Sequence record: PP400777
DNA: 64,000 nucleotides
DNA from: Escherichia phage JM10
Reading direction: 5' to 3' (one strand)
The stretch's first letter is position 1. Each line of letters opens with the position of its first letter. The notes beneath the pieces were generated by a model. That model searched no databases. It had not been told where the DNA came from and saw only the letters and a list, made by a program, of their open reading frames with translations. The position numbers and the translations under genes were made by a program. Shown in pieces: positions 20,529 to 29,436 of this stretch.

Positions 20529-21344
20529 TTAACAATTTATAGACCAAGTCCATTTAGACGAATCTAAAGGAAAGTTTTGAATCGTCCACCATGGCTGCAT
20601 ATCGGTTGGTCCTGGGGTTCGCCAGGTATACGGATTCGACGGACCACCAATTTGATTAGGCCATGCACCTGGACTTGTTGCACCAGATTCTTTAAGCAAA
20701 TCTGCCAATCGTTTTAAAAGGTCTTCACGATCTGAATCTGAATTATGCTCGGGTGGAACCAAACGAGATTCAATATCATCCCACGTGTGTACACGTTGTG
20801 CAGTACGAGGAATGGCGTCACGTTCACCACGAGCCAACCAATAAATCGGTACATTAAGAATTTCTGCCGCATGGTCACAGTGATGAGCTAAATCGTCAAC
20901 ATAACAAATCACGTTATATTTTGTTTTAGCTAGTTCGAATAATTGTTCCTTTGACGAATCATGACCACACATCATTACTTCAGAAAAGGCGCCTGGGAAC
21001 AAAGCATTCAAATTAAATTGTCTATTCAATCGAGCATCAATTGAATCACCTAGCGCCGTCACGGCTACAAAATTATAGTCTTCTTTTAGTTTATTGATAA
21101 CTCGAAGAGCATCCGAATAAGGCGCTAAGTAACGAATAAAATCAGAGCGATTATATTTTTCTATTAATTGTTTACCAAGGTTATCGTCGGTATTGAATAG
21201 TTTACCAGGAGAAATAAATTTTTCATCCTGAATCATTTTTAAAATATGTTCTAATGGAAGATTATATTTTTGGGCAAAATAAGGAAGTCCAGATTGCCAG
21301 CTTAAACATACACCATCAATATCAGTCAAAATAGTAGGCTTCAT
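20529..21344 (-). CDS. HAD-superfamily hydrolase-like protein (30.2-like)
   Basis: 271 aa; N-terminal ILTDIDGV matches HAD motif I (DxDG[TV]); function not established. Confidence 0.5.
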   Translation of the reverse strand: MKPTILTDIDGVCLSWQSGLPYFAQKYNLPLEHILKMIQDEKFISPGKLFNTDDNLGKQLIEKYNRSDFIRYLAPYSDALRVINKLKEDYNFVAVTALGDSIDARLNRQFNLNALFPGAFSEVMMCGHDSSKEQLFELAKTKYNVICYVDDLAHHCDHAAEILNVPIYWLARGERDAIPRTAQRVHTWDDIESRLVPPEHNSDSDREDLLKRLADLLKESGATSPGAWPNQIGGPSNPYTWRTPGPTDMQPWWTIQNFPLDSSKWTWSINC

Positions 21345-21808
21345 AAAGAGTCTCTTAATAGGTTTAACACATCAATAAATTCAGCTTCGGTTAGTATTGT
21401 ATCATCTTTTGTTAGACCACTAGCCATGCTGTGCTTCAAAATTTTTCCTTTAGAGGCTTGTAAGGCATCACGAAACCCCTTGTTTTGGATCGCGGCTTCA
21501 AAATATGCATTTGTGTATAATTCTTTCCATGCTTCGGAGTATCTTGAAAATGGAACTCCTAACCAGAAGAGAGTCCCACGGTCCTGAGCTCTCGCATAAG
21601 ACCTTCCTGCTTGCTGTGCAGCCAATCCAGACAACCCAAATATACGTCTTTGTTGTTCAACATTTTTCACCTTACATCCTTGGAGAAATCCTTCAAGACC
21701 TCCGAATTGAATACCATCCATAACAAAAGGCCATTGAGCAAAGTTACTTAATGCACATGATGGCCACTTGAAATTACTTCTTATTTCTAATTCAGACATC
21801 TTTAACAC
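21341..21808 (-). CDS. NADAR/YbiA-like domain protein (30.3-like)
   Basis: 155 aa; pattern recalled for T4 gp30.3 family; weak motif-level support only. Confidence 0.45.
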   Translation of the reverse strand: MLKMSELEIRSNFKWPSCALSNFAQWPFVMDGIQFGGLEGFLQGCKVKNVEQQRRIFGLSGLAAQQAGRSYARAQDRGTLFWLGVPFSRYSEAWKELYTNAYFEAAIQNKGFRDALQASKGKILKHSMASGLTKDDTILTEAEFIDVLNLLRDSL

Positions 21809-22010
21809 TTATAATTTCAACATCAGCCCAATGGCCGTATCCTGGTATACGGTCTTCGATAGATAAATTTCCGTCATTTTTAGGCATTTTAATTGACGTA
21901 ACGTATGGTTCTAAACGGTTTTCTGCATAATATGGAAAAACGTCCGTCACACGATAAGTAACTTCAATCATTTCTGTACCAAACAATTTCTGCATCAGTT
22001 TCTTAAACAT
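21792..22010 (-). CDS. hypothetical protein (30.4-like)
   Basis: 72-aa ORF in a compact operon. Confidence 0.4.
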   Translation of the reverse strand: MFKKLMQKLFGTEMIEVTYRVTDVFPYYAENRLEPYVTSIKMPKNDGNLSIEDRIPGYGHWADVEIISVKDV

Positions 22011-22011
22011 A

Positions 22012-22206
22012 TTATCCTCGCTTTAAACATTTGATTACAGACAGTTCTTGGCTCATGCGGACGTCTTCAGTTCCATCAACCCACAGGACTGCATAGGCTT
22101 CTTTAATTACATTACCGTTAATTTTAAAAGCAGGTAAAACCTTTGAAATCATTCCGGGGATACCTATACCTTTTAACTGGACAGTTTGTGATAAGAATAG
22201 TTGCAT
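22012..22206 (-). CDS. hypothetical protein (30.5-like)
   Basis: 64-aa ORF in a compact operon. Confidence 0.4.
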   Translation of the reverse strand: MQLFLSQTVQLKGIGIPGMISKVLPAFKINGNVIKEAYAVLWVDGTEDVRMSQELSVIKCLKRG

Positions 22207-22493
22207 TAGAACCTCATCTGAAATCCGTGTGATTTAACATTACCGCCATAGATGTCAGAGGTATTGACTTCACGTGCGGCGCTAGGGTCGATGTTAATAT
22301 CATAGTTGAGCTTAGTGATTGCTAGGGTGTCACGACCATTGACTGTACGGAATTCTACTGGACAAACCACATCAGCATAAGCCTTAATGGATTCACGAGT
22401 GGGCTGTTTGTCGGCAGGAACATCTTTACCTGCTTTAGAGAAAACAACTTCACAGAAATTTTTACGAGTATCGAAATAAGTGGTCATAAACAT
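22206..22493 (-). CDS. hypothetical protein (30.6-like)
   Basis: 95-aa ORF; TAATG coupling downstream. Confidence 0.45.
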   Translation of the reverse strand: MFMTTYFDTRKNFCEVVFSKAGKDVPADKQPTRESIKAYADVVCPVEFRTVNGRDTLAITKLNYDINIDPSAAREVNTSDIYGGNVKSHGFQMRF

Positions 22494-22507
22494 AATATTT
22501 TCCTCAA

Positions 22508-22523
22508 TAGGGAGCTTCGGCTC
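22508..22523 (-). terminator. GC hairpin GGGAGC-CGAA-GCUCCC (attenuator or terminator)
   Basis: Perfect 6-bp stem with tetraloop; no strong U-run, so efficiency is uncertain. Confidence 0.4.
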
Positions 22524-22532
22524 CCAGTTAAA

Positions 22533-22898
22533 TTAGATATCGAATTCGTTAAGAACTACATCAAAGATTGCTTCGAGATGTTCAGGTTTAGCTCGGTTAC
22601 TCAGGATATGACGAATCCAAGTTTTAACCAGAAGTTTACGATTAACACCGTTCCAGCAAGGATGAGTACCTAAATCACGTTGACGGAAATCGTCATCTAA
22701 TGCAATTTTGAAGTTGGAACCTTCCATCGTGATTGAAACCGTGATACCATTTTCAAAGCGCATATAAACGTAATTAGGAGTCATGCACTGTTCGATTTCG
22801 CACACTGTGCCGTTGTTGTGTTTCCACAGGCAAATAACTTCAGAAGAACCTGGGATACCGTTAGAAACATATTTACGTTCGAAGTTGATGTAGTTCAT
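22533..22898 (-). CDS. hypothetical protein (30.7-like)
   Basis: 121-aa ORF; synteny. Confidence 0.45.
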   Translation of the reverse strand: MNYINFERKYVSNGIPGSSEVICLWKHNNGTVCEIEQCMTPNYVYMRFENGITVSITMEGSNFKIALDDDFRQRDLGTHPCWNGVNRKLLVKTWIRHILSNRAKPEHLEAIFDVVLNEFDI

Positions 22899-22939
22899 TT
22901 TATTCTCCAGTTTGTTTTCGTATTATTTGGTACAGGTCT

Positions 22940-22968
22940 ATAATAACACATCCTACAGGAGAGTAAAC
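22940..22968 (-). promoter_or_regulatory. early promoter GTTTAC-N17-TATTAT
   Basis: Minus strand reads GTTTAC tctcctgtaggatgtgt TATTAT upstream of the 30.7-like ORF. Confidence 0.5.
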
Positions 22969-23004
22969 ATCTTTTTTAACTTTTTCTGCCCTAAACGCAC
23001 AAAA

Positions 23005-23022
23005 GGGAGACTTCGGTCTCCC
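23005..23022 (-). terminator. hairpin terminator GGGAGAC-CGAA-GUCUCCC then UUUUGUG
   Basis: Perfect 7-bp stem with tetraloop immediately after the stop of the 59-aa ORF. Confidence 0.65.
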
Positions 23023-23027
23023 TAAAA

Positions 23028-23207
23028 TTATGCAACAACCTTTCCAAAACGAGAAGCATCATCTCGAAGAACTGCACGTGCTCTGCGCATGATCTTCTCA
23101 ACTGTTTGATTAATACGAGAGTTCGACCCACGCTTGTATCCAGCGCGTTTAGAGGTACCATCAACTTTCTTTTCAACTGCTTTCTTTGCTTTAGCTTGTT
23201 TTGCCAT
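23028..23207 (-). CDS. small basic (Lys/Arg-rich) protein, 59 aa
   Basis: MAKQAKAKKAVEKKV...; ends 5 nt before the terminator hairpin; preferred over the overlapping 61-aa ORF in the track, which reads through the hairpin. Confidence 0.45.
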   Translation of the reverse strand: MAKQAKAKKAVEKKVDGTSKRAGYKRGSNSRINQTVEKIMRRARAVLRDDASRFGKVVA

Positions 23208-23401
23208 TATAAATTCTCTTTAAATGAAAATGCAGGACTTATTGACATTGCCTGCGCAAGCCCTCAAGGGGAACATAGGTTTTGGATATTTAACGACAGG
23301 ATAACCATAAACCTCGTCAATATTCAAGAGGTACACCGTAAAACATAGTTCGACGGCTCCTCGATTTTAACTTCACACTAAGGTAGTGACTCACCTAACA
23401 C

Positions 23402-23650
23402 TTATTTCAGGGTAATAACAAAATGACGTACTGCTTTACGAGCTGCAGAAGCCAAAGGCTTAGCATATTTCAGTTCATCTTTTGCTTCCAGTTCAGAAGC
23501 CAAAGCTGCCTGGACTGGGTTCAGATGTTTGAAATAACGAAGGATTTCAAGAGCTTCGGCTTCAACATCAATAGATGCGCCATAGTTTTCGTGACCGTTA
23601 TTCCATGCGTTTCGTTGCAGTTCAAGAGCGTGTTGTAATTGTTTAATCAT
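23402..23650 (-). CDS. rIII: rIII lysis-inhibition accessory protein
   Basis: 82 aa; near-identical to recalled T4 rIII (MIKQLQHALELQRNAWNNGHENYGASIDVEAEALEILRYF...). Confidence 0.88.
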   Translation of the reverse strand: MIKQLQHALELQRNAWNNGHENYGASIDVEAEALEILRYFKHLNPVQAALASELEAKDELKYAKPLASAARKAVRHFVITLK

Positions 23651-23774
23651 TTTAAATTCTCAATTCGAGATAATATTTAGTAGCCACGTTCGTCTGAATT
23701 TCACCTTCTTTCGACAAGTCTCTCAGTTGTAGGCTACCGCTTAGAAGAGTGTTCTCTTCATATAGTTATTTATA

Positions 23775-24107
23775 TCACTTATAAAGACACGGAATAGCTT
23801 TATAGTGGCATGTTACGAATTTCTGTTTAATTTCTTTAGGTTGTTTAAGTCCCAAAGCCACAAATGGATGTGGAACATTTCGAATTTGTCCAACTGGTAG
23901 TGGAGTCAAATCACCGACTTCAACAAAACCTTCAGGAACATCAGGACCTACAGAATGAACTACACATAGTTCAGGAACTTCACCTTGAACACGTTTACCA
24001 ATCACAAGTCCTGATTCGGTAACTTCTTCATCACCTGCTTGAGCGGGTTCAGAAACCAGAATGACATATTCACCAACAGCACGAATTGGGAGTTGTACTT
24101 CAGACAT
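23775..24107 (-). CDS. 31: co-chaperonin gp31 (GroES analogue)
   Basis: 110 aa; near-identical to recalled T4 gp31. Confidence 0.92.
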   Translation of the reverse strand: MSEVQLPIRAVGEYVILVSEPAQAGDEEVTESGLVIGKRVQGEVPELCVVHSVGPDVPEGFVEVGDLTPLPVGQIRNVPHPFVALGLKQPKEIKQKFVTCHYKAIPCLYK

Positions 24108-24137
24108 CTTATTTCCTTGTTGTTTGACGATAGATTA

Positions 24138-24164
24138 ATAATACCATACTATTCGTAAAGCATA
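24138..24164 (-). promoter_or_regulatory. middle promoter for gene 31: MotA box TATGCTTTA, 12 nt, TATTAT
   Basis: Minus strand reads TATGCTTTA cgaatagtatgg TATTAT about 30 nt upstream of the gene 31 ATG. Confidence 0.5.
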
Positions 24165-24473
24165 TTACATAAGAAGCAAACGTTCTACCGGAGTACCATC
24201 AACCGAAATTACTTTATCAAGGCGGAAAGAACGCCACTGACCTAACTTGGTATCGAATGCTCGAACTGATTCACGAGGTTCAGAACGAACTTCTGTTGCC
24301 GGATTGTTATTTTCATATTTGACTTCAAGTTCATCGCGCGAAGCAAACATAGTGCGTACCTCACCGTTAGCCTTTTCAAATACAACACAATGAACGCCTA
24401 CAAACAGAATAGTTTTAATACGTTCACGAAGAACCATAGTTTCTTGTTCAGTTAAAATCATATTATTCACCAC
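24165..24473 (-). CDS. hypothetical protein downstream of cd
   Basis: 102-aa ORF overlapping the cd 3' end by 11 nt; no recognisable motif. Confidence 0.45.
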   Translation of the reverse strand: MVNNMILTEQETMVLRERIKTILFVGVHCVVFEKANGEVRTMFASRDELEVKYENNNPATEVRSEPRESVRAFDTKLGQWRSFRLDKVISVDGTPVERLLLM

Positions 24474-25044
24474 AAAAGTTTCGGATTTGTTCCCAATTCA
24501 GAGAACGAAGATTATTACGAGAGTACTGAATTACTTCAATACCAGCTTGTTTAAGAATGTCTGCCCAATTTTCAGGAGATCTGTCATATAATTCTGCGTA
24601 TACAACCTTTTTAATACCTGACTGTGTAATAGCTTTAGTGCAATCAGGACATGGAGAAAGCGTCGTATATAACGTAGCACCTTCAATAGAATTACCTTTA
24701 CGAGCTGCAAACAAAATGGCATTCAATTCAGCATGGATTTCGTTATTAGCAGACCATGCACTATGAGCGGCCCGATGTTCTTTAGCCAAAACAAAATTAT
24801 CCACCCGTCCAAATGCTGTAGTGCCTTCTTTATGTCCAGCAACGATGACCGGGCTTGGTTTATTCTTCAACCAACCATTTTCGTATGCGTGTTCGCAACA
24901 GTTAACGCCACCTGCAGGTGAACCATTATATCCAGTAGAGATAATGCGTCCATCTTTTTCAATGACGGCACCAACTTTCCATGAACAACATTTTGATTCT
25001 TGAGAAATCAGATATGCAATCTGAAGGTATGTGCTAGCTTTCAT
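24463..25044 (-). CDS. cd: dCMP deaminase
   Basis: 193 aa; zinc-binding deaminase motifs (H-A-E and PCxxC: SPCPDCTKAI); size matches T4 Cd. Confidence 0.9.
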   Translation of the reverse strand: MKASTYLQIAYLISQESKCCSWKVGAVIEKDGRIISTGYNGSPAGGVNCCEHAYENGWLKNKPSPVIVAGHKEGTTAFGRVDNFVLAKEHRAAHSAWSANNEIHAELNAILFAARKGNSIEGATLYTTLSPCPDCTKAITQSGIKKVVYAELYDRSPENWADILKQAGIEVIQYSRNNLRSLNWEQIRNFCGE

Positions 25045-26036
25045 TATTGAACCTTATTAATATAAGTTAACAGCTCTTTAGTTTGTTCCCAACTGATGCA
25101 CGCATCGGTAACGGAAACGCCATAGGACATATTATCAGAAATTTTTTGATTTCCTTCATGTAGGAATGATTCTATCATAATTCCTTTGACCAAATCATTA
25201 GCTGCTAAATTTTTACCAATACCAATTTGATTGCTATAATGCCCAGCAGCGTTTGCATGGCTACAGTCAACCATTACATAATGATTCAGACCTACTGCAC
25301 TTGCTTTGTTAGAAGCTTCTTGAATATCAGAAGAATGATAGTTCGGGCCGTTGGTCCCGCCACGCAATACGATATGCGTATTCTGATTACCTTCAGCTTC
25401 AACAATGCCTACAGTACCATCGACGTCCATACCCATATACCGATGAGGCCAGGCGGCACTATACATCGCGTCTGTAGCTACTTTAATAGAACCATTGGTT
25501 GCGTTCTTGAAGCCTACGCACATCGGTAGACCTGAAGCAATTTCACGATGTGTCTGACTTTCAGTCGTACGGGCGCCAATAGCAACCCATGAGAAAATAC
25601 CAGAAAGATACTTAATCGTGAATGGGTCTAATACTTCAGTTGCTAATGGAAGTCCCATACGTAGAAGTTTACGACACAATGTTCGTGCAACTATAAGACC
25701 GTGGTTCATATCAAAACTTCCGTCAAGATATGGATCATTTACAAGACCTTTCCAACCTACGGTAGTTCGAGGCTTTTCAAAATAAACGCGCATCACTAAC
25801 AGAACATTAGGAAGACGAGTTTGAAGTTCAGCCAGACGTTTGCCGTATTCAACAGCAGCAATAGGGTCATGAATTGAACAAGGACCTACAACAATAAGTT
25901 TGCGTGGGTCTTCACCGTTCATAATCGAATTAACTTGTTCGCGATGAGAAGCCACTTGTGATGCGTAAGCTTCCGACAAAGGAATAATCTCAGCCAGTTC
26001 TTTTGGAGAAATAAGTTTTCCGACGACAGGTAACAT
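25044..26036 (-). CDS. 3-deoxy-D-arabino-heptulosonate-7-phosphate (DAHP) synthase, class I (AroG/AroF/AroH-like)
   Basis: 330 aa; GPCSIHDP, KPRTTVGWKGLVNDP, IGARTTESQTHREIASGL, ILRGG, CSHAN, VTDACISW align with E. coli AroG active-site regions; stop codon overlaps the cd start. Confidence 0.85.
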   Translation of the reverse strand: MLPVVGKLISPKELAEIIPLSEAYASQVASHREQVNSIMNGEDPRKLIVVGPCSIHDPIAAVEYGKRLAELQTRLPNVLLVMRVYFEKPRTTVGWKGLVNDPYLDGSFDMNHGLIVARTLCRKLLRMGLPLATEVLDPFTIKYLSGIFSWVAIGARTTESQTHREIASGLPMCVGFKNATNGSIKVATDAMYSAAWPHRYMGMDVDGTVGIVEAEGNQNTHIVLRGGTNGPNYHSSDIQEASNKASAVGLNHYVMVDCSHANAAGHYSNQIGIGKNLAANDLVKGIMIESFLHEGNQKISDNMSYGVSVTDACISWEQTKELLTYINKVQ

Positions 26037-26156
26037 AACAATCCTTAGGAGATATAAACAGATTCTGATTCAACAATACCTTTAACCGGATTAGACAGGC
26101 TAAGTTGGTAGTGCTCAGATTTATGACCATTCTCGATAGTAATGAGATAACTCTCA

Positions 26157-26393
26157 TTATAGTGTTCCATATACTCGAGTTGCTTCAACTAAACCGTCAC
26201 TGCCTAATTTAAGGCTAGTAATCTGGTCACCATCTTTAGGATTAACGATTATGAGAAAAGAACGTGGAGATTCTTGAATAACTCGTAATGTTGCATCCTG
26301 GAAACGTTCAGACACTTTATTGATGAGTGCTTGAGCAAATTCTTTTACTTTAATCTGAAATTCGTGTACTGTAATTGGATTTTCACTTAGCAT
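26157..26393 (-). CDS. hypothetical protein
   Basis: 78-aa ORF downstream of an early promoter. Confidence 0.4.
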   Translation of the reverse strand: MLSENPITVHEFQIKVKEFAQALINKVSERFQDATLRVIQESPRSFLIIVNPKDGDQITSLKLGSDGLVEATRVYGTL

Positions 26394-26421
26394 TTCGATT
26401 TCCTCATTGTATTGGTAGAGT

Positions 26422-26451
26422 TATAGTATCACAACTCCACCATGTTGTAAA
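26422..26451 (-). promoter_or_regulatory. early promoter GTTTAC-N18-TACTAT
   Basis: Minus strand reads GTTTAC aacatggtggagttgtga TACTAT in the intergenic gap. Confidence 0.5.
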
Positions 26452-26454
26452 CCA

Positions 26455-26730
26455 TTAAATTGCTTTGCATTCAATTTTTTGTGTACCGAAATTGATATCG
26501 CATTGGATAACTAAATCACCGTCAAGATCAAATACCACTATGACGTGTGCAGACCCAGGGAGAAGAGTAATAGCAATAGAATCTACTTGGTCTGGGAGCA
26601 AAGCATTGAGTACATGAGTTAGTTGAGCATTAACTCTGAGTTCGGCTGCATTATCAAGCACTTCAAACATATTATTAGCAATAATCTGACTGAAGACTAC
26701 CTTTACAATTTCAGAATAAGTTGGGAACAT
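26455..26730 (-). CDS. hypothetical protein
   Basis: 91-aa ORF; synteny with the T4 cd.x cluster. Confidence 0.4.
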   Translation of the reverse strand: MFPTYSEIVKVVFSQIIANNMFEVLDNAAELRVNAQLTHVLNALLPDQVDSIAITLLPGSAHVIVVFDLDGDLVIQCDINFGTQKIECKAI

Positions 26731-26737
26731 AATTACC

Positions 26738-26962
26738 TCAGTGCACAGTATTTACTTTAACTCGAACAACAAATTGCTCGGTCGGTTCACCGACGGGAAC
26801 AAACTCTACATAATATTCACCTTTGTAACTAGTATTCAGATCATTACGAATTCCTGCGAGTTTGTTGATTAATGTAGGACTCATATTAAGTCCCACTAGT
26901 TTACGAAGCATTTTGTATGCTTCATCTTCGATTTCATGATGTTTATCGTACATAGTTTTCAT
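26738..26962 (-). CDS. hypothetical protein
   Basis: 74-aa ORF. Confidence 0.4.
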   Translation of the reverse strand: MKTMYDKHHEIEDEAYKMLRKLVGLNMSPTLINKLAGIRNDLNTSYKGEYYVEFVPVGEPTEQFVVRVKVNTVH

Positions 26963-27133
26963 TTAACCATTCAATTGCCTGGTCGACGTTATCAAATATA
27001 CCGCCGTCCAAACGTTCTTCATGCTCATAGTCCAGCACATCAATACCGAACTGCCCATTTACTAAAGGCCAGGCTACAAACAAATATTCTTTATGCTGTT
27101 CGATGGCCTCAATCACTTCATATAATCGTTTCA

Positions 27134-27134
<1 letters not shown>
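26943..27134 (-). CDS. hypothetical protein
   Basis: 63-aa ORF abutting the pseT stop. Confidence 0.4.
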
Positions 27135-28220
<1,086 letters not shown>

Positions 28221-28221
<1 letters not shown>

Positions 28222-28520
28222 TATTTTATTCCTAAGAAAGTTTCAAGAATACGAATGTTATGCTCGCGCCGGTCTTTATTAATTTCAGCAACGTTTTTAT
28301 TAATTGACGTACTTCTAACGTTTGAAGAAATAAATTTAATCATATGACTTTTGAGTTGTTGCAAATCCAACCCTTTTTCTTTAGCAGCTTTACGAAGAGC
28401 TTTACCTGCTTCATCTAGTGCCTTTGCTGCATCTTTGTCATAATTGACAAGTGACATTCCATGGCAGATATCAATATACTCATCAGACCGTTTGATGTAA
28501 TTCTCTAGTAACGTTTTCAT
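28221..28520 (-). CDS. hypothetical protein
   Basis: 99-aa ORF directly downstream of an early promoter. Confidence 0.45.
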
Positions 28521-28548
28521 TTAGATTTCCTCAATTATCCATAGGAGC

Positions 28549-28578
28549 ATTATACTCTGCTCCCGAGAGTTTGTAAAC
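28549..28578 (-). promoter_or_regulatory. early promoter GTTTAC-N18-TATAAT with a palindrome spanning the -10
   Basis: Minus strand reads GTTTAC aaactctcgggagcagag TATAAT; GGAGCA/TGCTCC inverted repeat flanks the -10. Confidence 0.6.
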
Positions 28579-28802
28579 TATTTTACTAAAGATTCAATAT
28601 ACTCATGAAGAGCTTTAGTCGCTACTGCCCACTTATTCTGATATTCATTTTTCAGATTAGCACGAGACTGAACTAACAAGCGGTCATTAGTCGGAGGCAA
28701 AGATTCTAATCGTTGAATCTGGCGCCCATAAATCATAGCCGCCATTTCAGATTCATAGATAAGCCCTTTAATGTATTCATGCTGTTCTTTAGTCATTGGC
28801 AT
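28578..28802 (-). CDS. hypothetical protein
   Basis: 74-aa ORF. Confidence 0.4.
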   Translation of the reverse strand: MPMTKEQHEYIKGLIYESEMAAMIYGRQIQRLESLPPTNDRLLVQSRANLKNEYQNKWAVATKALHEYIESLVK

Positions 28803-29083
28803 TTTTCCTCTTTTAAACCACTACGATAATAACATAACATAGTCTTCTGGTCATGTACATATCTTTTTACGTCGTTTAACCAGATACGAAATTCTTGAGA
28901 GTCTTCAAATGGCATTCCAACCCATGGATTACCATCAATAACCTTTACTTGCCATTTCTGGTTATATTCAACAATAGATTCAGGCCATGGCGGATGTAAA
29001 GTTTCTTTAGGGCTTAAGGGCACATCCTGGGCACATCCAGCCAAAATGCCAATAGATAATACAACTGCGGTTAATTTAATCAT
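28793..29083 (-). CDS. predicted lipoprotein
   Basis: 96 aa; N-terminal signal peptide with lipobox (MIKLTAVVLSIGILAGC). Confidence 0.5.
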   Translation of the reverse strand: MIKLTAVVLSIGILAGCAQDVPLSPKETLHPPWPESIVEYNQKWQVKVIDGNPWVGMPFEDSQEFRIWLNDVKRYVHDQKTMLCYYRSGLKEEKCQ

Positions 29084-29436
29084 TCTGAGAGCTTCCTGAG
29101 GTCTTCTGCAAAGGAATCGAAGGACCTGTTGATTTGTTTTTCGACCAATCCTGGTTTACTTGCCACCACGTTCTTCTTCTTCGAATCCTTACGGAGCTTT
29201 TCATTTTCGGCCTTAAGTTGGTCAACTAAAACACGGTTCTTATACGTCATTTCTTCGATTGACTGATATTGAACCTTGAAGTCGTCTAATACTTTAGCAT
29301 TGTTTTTAGCGGTCTCTTTGACAGAAGCTAATTCAGTATTCAACGAATCAACTTTGTTGTTTAAGACAACTATTGTTACCGTAGAAACTAGAGCAAAAGC
29401 TGCTACTATAGCGTAAATAGGATTTACTTTAAGCAT
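29080..29436 (-). CDS. predicted membrane-anchored coiled-coil protein
   Basis: 118 aa; N-terminal hydrophobic helix (IYAIVAAFALVSTVTIVVL) followed by a charged, heptad-like region. Confidence 0.45.
   Translation of the reverse strand: MLKVNPIYAIVAAFALVSTVTIVVLNNKVDSLNTELASVKETAKNNAKVLDDFKVQYQSIEEMTYKNRVLVDQLKAENEKLRKDSKKKNVVASKPGLVEKQINRSFDSFAEDLRKLSE

Noticed and set aside
22991-23176. 61-aa minus-strand ORF from the ORF track (MKRKLMVPLNALDTS...)
   Set aside because: It reads through the GGGAGAC-CGAA-GTCTCCC terminator hairpin and has no SD. The overlapping 59-aa Lys/Arg-rich ORF (23028-23207) ends just before the terminator and is preferred.
23208-23401. Protein-coding gene in the 194-bp gap between rIII and the small basic protein gene
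   Set aside because: Only 9-18 codon ORFs are present on either strand; the gap probably holds regulatory sequence or an untranslated RNA segment rather than a T4 30.8/30.9-type gene.
25044-26036. Alternative reading of the 330-aa enzyme as a KDO-8-phosphate synthase (KdsA)
   Set aside because: The conserved blocks match DAHP synthase specifically (KPRTTVGWKGL, IGARTTESQ.HRE.ASGL, GPCSIHDP) and the length fits AroG-type enzymes rather than the shorter KdsA.
26037-26156. A dedicated promoter immediately upstream of the DAHP synthase gene
   Set aside because: No GTTTAC-N17/18-TAnnAT, MotA box or TATAAATA match was found in the 120-nt gap (only a good SD), so the gene is probably transcribed from the upstream early promoter at 26422-26451.
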